Shown here: positions 1 to 8,584 of the stretch, in pieces | How the letters are laid out: every line of letters starts with the position of its first letter | Position numbering within the stretch: the stretch's first letter is position 1 | Notes under the pieces: generated by a model | Told to the model about the DNA's origin: nothing | What the model saw: the letters and a program-made list of their open reading frames with translations, nothing else | Database searches by the model: none | Translations under genes and position numbers: made by a program | Source: a bacterium | GTDB lineage: Bacteria; Sysuimicrobiota; Sysuimicrobiia; Sysuimicrobiales; Segetimicrobiaceae | Length of the DNA stretch: 64,000 nucleotides | Direction of reading: 5' to 3' | Assembly (NCBI GenBank): GCA_035934535.1 | Contig: DASYXS010000020.1 | Location: forward strand, 357-64,356

Positions 1-41
1 GACACAGCGGCCCAGCCGCCGCAGCACGTAGCGGCCGCTCA
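1..41 (-). CDS. ABC transporter permease, first 14 codons only (continues off the left edge)
   Basis: Reverse strand reads GGGGAGA, about 9 nt, ATG, then MSGRYVLRRLGRCV, the usual start of DppB/OppB-type permeases. It lies 36 nt downstream of the binding-protein stop at 77. Absent from the ORF track because the window edge truncates it. Confidence 0.45.
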
Positions 42-76
42 TTCGGGCGGGTCTCCCCGCGCGAGGCTCGCGGCCG

Positions 77-1654
77 CTACGGCTTCAGGTCGTGCCAGGC
101 AAAGATCATGCCGTCCTCGCGCGCCTTCCACGGCAGGCTCTTCTTCACACCGAACTGCTGCGTCGGCGCGTACAGGTAGATCCACGGCGCGTCGTCGTGC
201 AGCATCTGCGAGATCTGCCCCATCACGCGCTCGCGGACCTTCGGGCTCAGCGCGTGGGCCTCGGTGGCAATGAGCTTATCGACCTGCGGGTTGCAGTACA
301 CGCCCCAGTTCCACCCGGCCGGATACACCGCGTCGCACGGGAAGGTTGGGCTGAGGATGCCGTCGCCGTCCAGGCTGGGCGTCTTGATGTACAGGACCAT
401 CGACTCGGCGGTCGCCTCGGACCGCGGCGTGAACACGTTCTTCAGGAACCCAGCCCACTCGAGCGTGCGCATCTCCATCTTGACGCCGACCCGGGCGAGG
501 TCCCCCGCCACCGCCTCCGCCGCCTCCTTGGCCAGCGGCACCCCGCCGATCGGCACGTCCGTGTGAAAGGTGAAGCCGTTCGGGTACCCGGCCTGCGCCA
601 GCATCGTCTTGGCCTTCGCCGGATCGTACGGGTACGGCTTCACGGCGGAGTCGTAGCCGAAGATGCCGGGAAACAGCGGACTGCCCAGCACCGTCGCGCG
701 GCCGGCCCAGATCGTCTTGACGATCGCGTCCTTGTTGACCGCGTAGTTGAGGGCCTGCCGGACCATCCGGTTGTTGAGCGGCGCGGCGAGCGGCTTCAGC
801 CAGACGCCGACCGCCATCGGGTCGGTCTGCGACGAGATCGACGCGTTGGGGCTCGAGTCGATCCGCGCGCCGAGTTCGGGCGGAATCTCCGCCGCGATAT
901 CGACCTCGCCGGAGAGCAGCGCCGCCACGCGGGTCGCGGCGTCCGGGATGAATTTGAACGTCAGGTTCTTGACCGGCACCGGCCCGCCCCAGTACCCGTC
1001 GTTCGCGGTCATGACCACCTGGCTGCCCTTGTCCCAGCGCACGAACTTGTAGGGCCCGGTCCCGACCGGCTTGAGCCCGAACTCGGTCGCGCCTGCGCGG
1101 TCGAAATACGCCTTCTCGCCGATAAAGCCGAGATCCGTGACCCGCGTCAGTGCCAGCGGATCGATCCCAACCGTCGTGATGCGAACGGTGTAGTCGTCGA
1201 CGACGTCGACGCGGGCGAGTTTGACGCTCGCGGCGGCCTGGGAGATCTTCGGATCCTTCGCCCGGTCCAGCGAGAACTTGACGTCCGCGGCGGTCAGCGG
1301 GCCGCCGTCGTGGAACTTGACGCCCTTGCGGATGTGAAAGATCCAGGCCGTGTCGCCGTGCTTCTCCCAGCCGGCGGCGAGCAGCGGTACGATCTGCTGG
1401 GTCTTCGGATCGCGGGTCGCCAGCGTCTCGTAGATGTTCCCGTAGAGCCGCCGGTGGTTCGTGACGACGCGGAGCGTGCCGTCCAGCGTCTGCAGGTCGC
1501 CGATGTCGGCGACAACGAGCGACTGGGGTAGCGCCGCGCCGGCGGCGAGCGCGGCGGGCGGCCGCGGCATCGTGCTCTGCGGCACCCCCCACAGCAACGT
1601 GACCAGAACGAGCGCGACGCCGAACACCACCGACACCCACGAACGTGTACGCAT
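77..1654 (-). CDS. ABC transporter substrate-binding protein, family 5 (peptide/nickel/opine type)
   Basis: ORF 77..1762 trimmed to the in-frame ATG at 1654, which begins a signal-like MRTRSWVSVVFGVALVLVTLLWG. The mature part has family-5 blocks (GPYKFVRWDKG, ALNYAVNKDAI, NPQVDKLI). Confidence 0.9.
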   Translation of the reverse strand: MRTRSWVSVVFGVALVLVTLLWGVPQSTMPRPPAALAAGAALPQSLVVADIGDLQTLDGTLRVVTNHRRLYGNIYETLATRDPKTQQIVPLLAAGWEKHGDTAWIFHIRKGVKFHDGGPLTAADVKFSLDRAKDPKISQAAASVKLARVDVVDDYTVRITTVGIDPLALTRVTDLGFIGEKAYFDRAGATEFGLKPVGTGPYKFVRWDKGSQVVMTANDGYWGGPVPVKNLTFKFIPDAATRVAALLSGEVDIAAEIPPELGARIDSSPNASISSQTDPMAVGVWLKPLAAPLNNRMVRQALNYAVNKDAIVKTIWAGRATVLGSPLFPGIFGYDSAVKPYPYDPAKAKTMLAQAGYPNGFTFHTDVPIGGVPLAKEAAEAVAGDLARVGVKMEMRTLEWAGFLKNVFTPRSEATAESMVLYIKTPSLDGDGILSPTFPCDAVYPAGWNWGVYCNPQVDKLIATEAHALSPKVRERVMGQISQMLHDDAPWIYLYAPTQQFGVKKSLPWKAREDGMIFAWHDLKP

Positions 1655-1659
1655 GCCGC

Positions 1660-2364
1660 TCACCTCGCGATGGTCTGCGCTTCCGCGCGAATCCGCCGGC
1701 TGGACGGGTACGGATAGGTCAATTTCGAGTGCGAGAGGCCGGCGCCGGCCAGAAGCTCGCACATCTTAAGGCCGACGCGCAGCGGGTTGATGCAGGGCAC
1801 GCCGGCGTCCCCGGACAGCCGGTCGGCGTAGAACGACATACTGCCGCACCCGAGGACGAGCGCCTCGGCGCCCTGCTCCCGCACCATCCGGCGCGCCACG
1901 TCCACCAGCGCCGGGTAGTGCGCGTCGGGATCGTGCCGGATATCGAGGACGGGACAGCCGATGTCCGTCACCCCGGCCAAACGGCGATCGACCTGGTAGC
2001 GCTCCGCGAGCCGGTACAGCATCGGCCGGATCTCCGGTGTCGCGGTGATGATGCCAAACCGGTCGGCCAGCATCGCCGCGATGTGCAGCGACGCTTCCGC
2101 CGGACCGACCACGGGGATCCTCACCAGCTCCCGCACCCCGTCCAGTCCCGGATCTCCAAAGCAGCCGATCAACGCGGCGTCGAAGCCGTCCCGCTCGATC
2201 TGCTCGACGGTCCCGAGCAGCCGCGGGATGTACAGGTATTCGTCGTACGACGACTCGATGGCGCCGTTGAAGTTCGCGCTGCGGGTCTCGACGGAGACGC
2301 CGGGACTCGCCCACTCCTGTAGAATCGAGTTCCGGCCCTCGGGACCGATATACGCGATACGCAT
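1660..2364 (-). CDS. Asp/Glu/hydantoin racemase family protein
   Basis: 234 aa with both catalytic-cysteine blocks of two-thiol racemases (IGCFGDPG and VLGCGSMS). Its stop lies 5 nt before the binding-protein start. Confidence 0.85.
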   Translation of the reverse strand: MRIAYIGPEGRNSILQEWASPGVSVETRSANFNGAIESSYDEYLYIPRLLGTVEQIERDGFDAALIGCFGDPGLDGVRELVRIPVVGPAEASLHIAAMLADRFGIITATPEIRPMLYRLAERYQVDRRLAGVTDIGCPVLDIRHDPDAHYPALVDVARRMVREQGAEALVLGCGSMSFYADRLSGDAGVPCINPLRVGLKMCELLAGAGLSHSKLTYPYPSSRRIRAEAQTIAR

Positions 2365-2421
2365 CGATTCTCCACCCCTCCGGACGCTACATCCGCGCGG
2401 CCGGGCGCTGGGCCTACGGCG

Positions 2422-3402
2422 TCAGCCACTACGCGCGGCGCCGCGGATCGCTTCCATCAGATCGACCATCCGCCGCACGTCGGTGACGCCTTCGGCGATG
2501 GGCGCGCCGCCGTTGGTCGCGGCGGCCAAGGCGTCCAGCATAGAGATCACGGGCGCGTCCAGCCACGGACGCAGCGCGGTGCCGGCGCCGTGGACGCTCA
2601 CGGCCGTCGCGCCGGGCTCCAGCCGAACAGCCTGACGGCCGCCGATCACTTCGATCTCCACCTCGCCGTCCGCGGCCGCCGGGATCGAGGGCGGCAGGCA
2701 GCGGGCGGCCTCGATCGTCGCCACGAGGTCGTTGTCGAACCGGACGATGCAGACCGCCGCGTCCGGCGCCCCGCCCCCGAACAGCGTTTCCACGTATGCG
2801 TGCACCCGCGACGGTTGCGTCCCGGTGGCGGCGACGATGAAATCGAGTAGATCCCAGCCGGCCTCCTCGAGCACCGGCCGCTGGGCCGAGGACAACCGGT
2901 CACCGTTGCCCCCCGCCGGCAGCCTCACGGACGCGAACAGTGAATGGAGCGGCCCGAGCTCACCGTCCCGGATCAGCCGCAGCGCCTCCCGCCCGGCGGG
3001 CGAGTGTCGGATCGTGCCGCCGACCAGCAGGGCGCCGCGCCCACCCGCTGCGGCGCCGGCCAGACGGTTCACCTCTTCCGGCCGGGTGGCCGCCGGCACG
3101 GCGCAGAAGACCGTCTTCCCCGCGCCGAGCGCCGCTTCGGCCGCGACGGAGGCGCCCGCGGTCTCGCTCAGCACAAGCACGGCCTGCAGATCCGGGTCCC
3201 GCGCGAGGGCCTCCCAGTCGCGGGCAAACGGCGCTTCGATGCGGGTCGCCAGCTCCCGGATCACGGAGAGATCTCCGGCACCCGGGCTCGCCGCCCAGCG
3301 CGCGACGCGGACGTCGCCGAGAGGCGCCTGATGGTCCGCGAGGGCCGCGGCGTGGCGGCCTGCGCCGACGATGCCGATCGCGAGCGGCGCCCCGGCCGTC
3401 AC
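2422..3402 (-). CDS. Gfo/Idh/MocA family oxidoreductase
   Basis: 326 aa with an N-terminal Rossmann block IGIVGAGRHA. The GTG start shares GTGA with the stop of the upstream paralogue (3399-3402). Confidence 0.8.
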   Translation of the reverse strand: MTAGAPLAIGIVGAGRHAAALADHQAPLGDVRVARWAASPGAGDLSVIRELATRIEAPFARDWEALARDPDLQAVLVLSETAGASVAAEAALGAGKTVFCAVPAATRPEEVNRLAGAAAGGRGALLVGGTIRHSPAGREALRLIRDGELGPLHSLFASVRLPAGGNGDRLSSAQRPVLEEAGWDLLDFIVAATGTQPSRVHAYVETLFGGGAPDAAVCIVRFDNDLVATIEAARCLPPSIPAAADGEVEIEVIGGRQAVRLEPGATAVSVHGAGTALRPWLDAPVISMLDALAAATNGGAPIAEGVTDVRRMVDLMEAIRGAARSG

Positions 3403-4460
3403 GCCCGCGCCTCCGATGCCGCGGTGTCCGCGAGGGAGACCACGCGGCCCGTGCGCGCGGACTCCACGGCGGCGAGCGCCAGCCGGAGCGCGGCCCGCGC
3501 CTCGTCCGGCGACATCGGCAGCGGGCGCCCCGCGCGGACCGCGTCGATGAACGCCGCGTGCTCGCGCGTGTACGCCGTCTGATTATGCAGCAGAATGTGG
3601 CCGCTCTCGGGATAGTCCGCGCCGCCGTCCCGGAACCGGGTTAGGCTGATCAGCTCGTGATCCCGGGCCCGGATGGCGCCGCGAAGGCCGTAGGCCTCGA
3701 ACTGGTGGAACGCCGGATAGCCCGCGGGCAGGCAGTTGCTCACCTCGCTCGAGCCGACCGACCCGTTGGCGAATTTGACCGCCCACGTGACGAAATCCGG
3801 CACGCCGCGGTTTCCCTCGATTGTGATCTTGTGTTCGGCAAAAACGCTGACCGGCTCCGCGCCGGCGAACCAGCGCAGCAAGTCGGCCTCGTGGATGCCG
3901 TTCGTCAGCGCGGCCCCGACCGATACGGCCGGGTCACCGGTCCAGTGGGACCCGGTGTAGTATCCCGGCTCGCCCGCGCGCGCCCCCGCACGCCGCTCGT
4001 TCTCCCGGACGAGCCGGACGGCGCCGATCTGGCCGCGATCGATCGCGCGCCGGATCTCCATGTACCGGCGGGTGAACCGGCGGCTGTGGCCGATCATCAG
4101 GTGGACGCCGGCCGCGCGGCACGCGTCGATCATGGCGTCGGCGTCCTCGAGCGACGGCGCCATCGGTTTCTCGCACAGGACGTGCTTCCCGGCCGCCGCG
4201 GCGGCGACGGTCCACTCCCGGTGCGCAGCCTCGGGGGTCGTAATCACGACCACCTCGACGTCGTCCCGATCGACGACCTGCCGGCCGTCGGCGTAGGCGT
4301 CCGCACCCCACGGCGCCGCGGCGGCCTGCGCCATTTCCAGACGTAGGTCGGCCGCGGCAACGAGTACGACGCGGTCGCGCAGCGCCCGCATCGCGGGCAA
4401 ATGGGCGCCCCGCGCGATGCTGCCGCACCCGATCAGACCGATTTTCACAGGCGTCGCCAC
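3399..4460 (-). CDS. Gfo/Idh/MocA family oxidoreductase
   Basis: 353 aa. KIGLIGCGSIARGAHLPA Rossmann start and the VLCEKPMA (EKP) motif typical of this family. Confidence 0.85.
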   Translation of the reverse strand: MATPVKIGLIGCGSIARGAHLPAMRALRDRVVLVAAADLRLEMAQAAAAPWGADAYADGRQVVDRDDVEVVVITTPEAAHREWTVAAAAAGKHVLCEKPMAPSLEDADAMIDACRAAGVHLMIGHSRRFTRRYMEIRRAIDRGQIGAVRLVRENERRAGARAGEPGYYTGSHWTGDPAVSVGAALTNGIHEADLLRWFAGAEPVSVFAEHKITIEGNRGVPDFVTWAVKFANGSVGSSEVSNCLPAGYPAFHQFEAYGLRGAIRARDHELISLTRFRDGGADYPESGHILLHNQTAYTREHAAFIDAVRAGRPLPMSPDEARAALRLALAAVESARTGRVVSLADTAASEARA

Positions 4461-4534
4461 GTCGTGCCTCCGCAGGAAAATGAGTCGGGCACACGCTCTT
4501 CGCGGTCAGTGCGCCGCGCCACCTTCTGCCGCCC

Positions 4535-5692
4535 TCAGGACACGGACTTGGCCTGACGGCGCTGCCAGTCTTCCGCGAAGAGGTTGAAGTGCTGGCGGCG
4601 GTAGGGATGCGCGAGCACCACGTCCTCGTTGAACGTCACGCCGAGCCCGGGGCCCTCCGGCAGTGCGAAATGGCCGTCGGTCACGGGCGGCAGGCCCGAC
4701 GCCGTCCCGGCCACGTACGGCTCGTCGAAGTCGTTGAAATACTCTTGGATCTTGAGGTTCGGGACGCATGCCGCGAGATGCAGCGCGGCGGCGGTACTCA
4801 CCGACGCGCCGACGTTGTGCGGGGCCACCAAGTGCCCGTGGGTCTCCGCCATCGCCGCGATCTTTTTGGTCTCGAGCAGCCCGCCGCAGTGCGAGAGGTC
4901 CGGCTGCGCCACGTCCACCGCGCCGAGCGCGAAGAGATCGCGGAACGCCGCGCGGGTGTGCAGCCGCTCGCCCGTCGCGATGGGCAGCGTCGTATGCGCC
5001 GCCACCCTGGCCAGCGCCGCCGGTTGATCCGGCGGCACCGGCTCTTCGATCCACCCCGGCGCGGCGCGTTCGAGATCGCGGGCCATCGCGATCGCCTGGG
5101 CGGCGGTAAACCGGCCGTGCATCTCCACGAACAGGTCGACCTCCGGCCCGACGGCGTCGCGCACCGCTTCGACGAGCCCGACCGACCGCCGGTGCTCTTC
5201 GCGCGTGAGCTCGCCGGCGCCCGCGCCGAACGGATCGAACTTCATCGCCCGGTACCCGCGCGCCACGACCCGGCGCGCCGCCTGCGCAAACTGCTCGGGA
5301 GTGCGGGCGACCTGGTACCAGCCGTTCGCGTAGGCTTTGATGCGGTCGCGGCAGCGTCCGCCGAGCAGACGGTAGACGGGCTGGCCGACCGCCTTGCCGA
5401 TGATGTCCCAGCACGCCATCTCGACGATCGCGATCGCCGTCATCTCGGTCGCGCCCGGCACCTCGTAGTCGTCGCGGGTGATCCGGAGCAGCAGATCCTC
5501 GATGTTGAACGGATCGCTGCCGAGCACGTAGCGGTGCGTGATGGCCTCGAGGTACGCGGCGACCGCCTCTTCGCGGTTCACCGGCCGCGCTTCGCCGATG
5601 CCGTCGAGCCCGTCGTCCGTGCGCACGCGCGCGAAGACAAAATTCCGCCAGGCCGACCCCATGACGTATACCTTGACGTCGCTGATCCTCAC
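4535..5692 (-). CDS. Enolase-superfamily enzyme (mandelate racemase/muconate lactonizing; sugar-acid dehydratase-like)
   Basis: 385 aa, GTG start after GGGGGGA. Capping-domain start VFARVRTDDGLDGIGEA and barrel acid-residue blocks (FVEMHG, WIEEPV, IATGER). Confidence 0.9.
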   Translation of the reverse strand: MRISDVKVYVMGSAWRNFVFARVRTDDGLDGIGEARPVNREEAVAAYLEAITHRYVLGSDPFNIEDLLLRITRDDYEVPGATEMTAIAIVEMACWDIIGKAVGQPVYRLLGGRCRDRIKAYANGWYQVARTPEQFAQAARRVVARGYRAMKFDPFGAGAGELTREEHRRSVGLVEAVRDAVGPEVDLFVEMHGRFTAAQAIAMARDLERAAPGWIEEPVPPDQPAALARVAAHTTLPIATGERLHTRAAFRDLFALGAVDVAQPDLSHCGGLLETKKIAAMAETHGHLVAPHNVGASVSTAAALHLAACVPNLKIQEYFNDFDEPYVAGTASGLPPVTDGHFALPEGPGLGVTFNEDVVLAHPYRRQHFNLFAEDWQRRQAKSVS

Positions 5693-5799
5693 GGAATCCC
5701 CCCGGGGAAGAAGTTGTCGCGGTCGCCGGCCTTTATCGAAACTTTACATGCCGGGCGTACATTCTGACCCGTACAGATCGGGACAATGGAGGGTGGGTC

Positions 5800-6225
5800 A
5801 TGCGGATGAACCGGTTGTGGGTGCTGGGGGCAATCGTCGTCGCCCTGTTGGCGTTCGGGAGCCGGCCGTCGCCGGCGGCTACGATGGGACCGGGCGACGA
5901 AATCAAGACCGCGATCACGCACGCGGGATTCGCCGAGAAGTACGACTCGATGAAAGACGTGTCGATGCATCTTCACCACGTCATCAACTGTCTCGTCGGA
6001 CCGGCCGACCCGATGTTCGACAACATGGCCGGAAATCCGTGCCAGGGCCAGGGCAAGGGCATCATGCCGGACATCAAGGCCTCCATGGGCGCGGATCAAG
6101 AGTACCAGGTGGCGTGGTGGCTTGCGCATTTGGCCGATCAGGCGATCAAGATGGGGAATCTCGCGCAGGCCAAGGCCGCGGCGCACATCATCGGCGTTCA
6201 ACTCACGGCGATGTCGAAGATGTAG
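5800..6225 (+). CDS. Secreted hypothetical protein
   Basis: 141 aa. GGAGGGTGGG precedes the ATG, followed by signal peptide LWVLGAIVVALLAFGSRPSPAA. No family recognised. Confidence 0.6.
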   Translation: MRMNRLWVLGAIVVALLAFGSRPSPAATMGPGDEIKTAITHAGFAEKYDSMKDVSMHLHHVINCLVGPADPMFDNMAGNPCQGQGKGIMPDIKASMGADQEYQVAWWLAHLADQAIKMGNLAQAKAAAHIIGVQLTAMSKM

Positions 6226-6289
6226 ATTCCGCCCGGCGCGCAATCGCGGCATAATAGGCACGGGGCCGTCCTCCCCGGCGGTCCGGTGT

Positions 6290-6317
6290 CCGCGGCGCCG
6301 GCCGGCCGGCGCCGCGG
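6290..6317. repeat. 28-nt perfect GC palindrome (hairpin; possible terminator or attenuator)
   Basis: CCGCGGCGCCGGCC/GGCCGGCGCCGCGG read directly. It lies between the stop at 6225 and the GGGAGGAGG ribosome-binding site of the next gene. Confidence 0.5.
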
Positions 6318-6333
6318 GAGGAGGTGAGCCGCC

Positions 6334-6744
6334 GTGCGGCTGCGCAGAGATCTCGCCAAGGTCGTCGCCATGGAACGCGTGTCCCGGGTCGCCACCGTGG
6401 GACGCGACGGGCGGCCCCACGTCGTGCCGGTCTGCCACGTCGCCGACGACGGACGTCTCTACTTCGCCACCGGCCGCGACAGCCTGAAGGTCCGGCACCT
6501 CCGGGCGAATCCCAATCTCGCCGTCATCGTGGACGTGTACGCGGAAGACTGGAGCGTCCTCAGGGGCGTGATGATTCAAGGTTCGGCGGCGCTCATCGAG
6601 GGCGGGCCGCGGTTCCGGAAACTGCGCGAGCTGCTCTACCGCAAGTACCCGCAGTATCCTAAAGAATCCGCGATCGGCGAGCGCGACTCGGTCATGATCG
6701 AGGTCACGCCCCGCCGCGTTACGTCCTGGGGCTTCGAAAAGTAA
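6334..6744 (+). CDS. PPOX-class (pyridoxamine 5'-phosphate oxidase-like, probably F420/FMN-binding) protein
   Basis: 136 aa, GTG start about 10 nt after GGGAGGAGG. Split-barrel pattern VATVGRDGRPHVVPV, LYFATG, KVRHLRANPNLAV. Confidence 0.8.
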   Translation: MRLRRDLAKVVAMERVSRVATVGRDGRPHVVPVCHVADDGRLYFATGRDSLKVRHLRANPNLAVIVDVYAEDWSVLRGVMIQGSAALIEGGPRFRKLRELLYRKYPQYPKESAIGERDSVMIEVTPRRVTSWGFEK

Positions 6745-6751
6745 TCCGGGC

Positions 6752-7648
6752 TCAGAGCGTCTTCATCCGCGGGTCGAGGGCGTCGCGCAGACCGTCGCCG
6801 AATAGGTTGAACGCCATCACCGCCGCAAAGATCGCGAGCCCCGGGAACGTGCCCATGTACCAGGCCGTCAGGACGTAGGTCTGCGCCTCGCCGAGCATCG
6901 TGCCCCACTCCGGCGTCGGCGGGGTGACGCCGATGCCTAGAAACCCGAGGCCCGCCGCGGTGAGCAGGGCGACGCCCAGCTGCAGGGACGACTGCACGAT
7001 GATCGGGGCCGCGGTGTTGGGCAGCACGTGGCGCAGCATGATGCGGGCGTCCGACAGGCCGATCGCCCGCGCCGACTCCACATACGCCAGTTCACGCACG
7101 GAGAGCGTCACGCCGCGGACCAGACGGACGTACACCGGCACCGACGCGATGCCGACGCTCAGGATCACGTTGCGCGGACCGACGCCGAGCAGGCTGATCA
7201 GCGTGAGGGCCAGCAGAACCCCTGGAAACGAGAGCATGATGTCGAACCCGCGCTGGATCAGGGCGTCCGTGCGGCCGCGGTAGAATCCCGACGCGACGCC
7301 GAGCGGAACGCCGATCGCCGCGCCGACGCCGACCGCGAGCACACCGATCAGCAGCGAGATGCGGCCGCCGTAGACGATCCGCGCCAGGATGTCGCGCCCC
7401 AGCTGGTCGGTGCCGAACGGATGGGCCGGACTCGGCGGCTGCAGCACGGCGTTGAAGTCGGCGGTTTCGGCGCCGTAGGGCACGAGCGCCCCCGCGAACA
7501 CCGCCGCGAGGCCCATGACGGCCAGGACGACGAAGCCGGCCACGGCGGCGCGGTTGCGCGCGAGCCGTCCCAGCACCGCCAGCGGATGGCGGAACGCGCG
7601 CTCGCCGGCCCGGCTAACCGAAGCGGATACGGGGATCGATGTAGCCAT
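6752..7648 (-). CDS. ABC transporter permease (DppC/OppC type)
   Basis: 298 aa. HPFGTDQLGRDILARIVYGGR N-terminal block and EAA-type loop ESARAIGLSDARIMLRHVLPN. Confidence 0.9.
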   Translation of the reverse strand: MATSIPVSASVSRAGERAFRHPLAVLGRLARNRAAVAGFVVLAVMGLAAVFAGALVPYGAETADFNAVLQPPSPAHPFGTDQLGRDILARIVYGGRISLLIGVLAVGVGAAIGVPLGVASGFYRGRTDALIQRGFDIMLSFPGVLLALTLISLLGVGPRNVILSVGIASVPVYVRLVRGVTLSVRELAYVESARAIGLSDARIMLRHVLPNTAAPIIVQSSLQLGVALLTAAGLGFLGIGVTPPTPEWGTMLGEAQTYVLTAWYMGTFPGLAIFAAVMAFNLFGDGLRDALDPRMKTL

Positions 7649-8498
7649 ACAGCAGGTCCACGATTAGATTGACGAGCACGAAGGTCACCGCAAACAGCAG
7701 CACCACACCCTGGATGATGGGATAGTCCCGCCGGGCGATCGCGTCGACCAGGAGGCGGCCGATCCCCGGCCATGCGAACGTCGTCTCGGTCAGAATCGCG
7801 CCCCCGATCAGCGCGCCGAACTGCAGCCCGAGGACCGTCACCACGGGGATGAGCGCGTTGCGCAGCGCGTGACGGTAGACCACAATCGGGTCGGCCAGCC
7901 CCTTCGCCCGGGCCGTCCGGACGTAGTCCTGGCGCATGCTCTCCAACATGCTGCTCCGCGTCATCCGCTCGATGATCGCGAGGCTGAATGCCGCCAGCGT
8001 AATCGACGGCAGGATCAGGCTCTGCGGCGAGGTATCGCCGCCGGCCGGCAGCAGATGCAGCGCCACCGCGAACACGAGCATCAGCATCAGCCCGAGCCAA
8101 TAGACGGGGATGCTGACGCCGGCGAGCGCGAGTACCGTCACCGCGTAGTCGGTGGCGGTGTACTGCCGGGTGCTGACCAGGATGCCCGAGGCGATACCCA
8201 GGGTCCCGGCCAGCACCGTCGCGGTCGCCGCGAGCAGCGTCGTCGGACCGAGGCGGCCGGCGATCTCGGAGACCACCGGCGCCTGGGTCACGGCGGACCG
8301 GCCGAGGTTGCCGCGGACGGCGTTCGCGACGAAGAGCGCGTACTGCACCGGAACCGGCTTGTCCAGGCCCAGCTGAACGCGGATCCGGTCGACCTCGGTC
8401 TGGTCGGCCTCGAGACCGGCCAGGACCCGCGCGGGATCTCCGGGCAGCACGCGCACCATGAAGAAAATGATGAGCGTGACCCCGAACAGGGTAGGCAC
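7614..8498 (-). CDS. ABC transporter permease (DppB/OppB type), start unresolved
   Basis: EAA loop VRTARAKGLADPIVVYRHALRNAL and C-terminal YGYIDPRIRFG. The conserved N-terminal helix continues upstream of the track's GTG (FLTFAIRRLAAAVPTLFGV). No ATG/GTG/TTG occurs before the in-frame TGA at 8571-8573. Confidence 0.85.
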   Translation of the reverse strand: MPTLFGVTLIIFFMVRVLPGDPARVLAGLEADQTEVDRIRVQLGLDKPVPVQYALFVANAVRGNLGRSAVTQAPVVSEIAGRLGPTTLLAATATVLAGTLGIASGILVSTRQYTATDYAVTVLALAGVSIPVYWLGLMLMLVFAVALHLLPAGGDTSPQSLILPSITLAAFSLAIIERMTRSSMLESMRQDYVRTARAKGLADPIVVYRHALRNALIPVVTVLGLQFGALIGGAILTETTFAWPGIGRLLVDAIARRDYPIIQGVVLLFAVTFVLVNLIVDLLYGYIDPRIRFG

Positions 8499-8584
8499 CG
8501 CCGCCGCGAGGCGGCGGATCGCAAAGGTGAGAAACCCGCCGGCGATGGGCCGTTCCGCCGTATCCCGAAATCAGCCGGGCCGTG

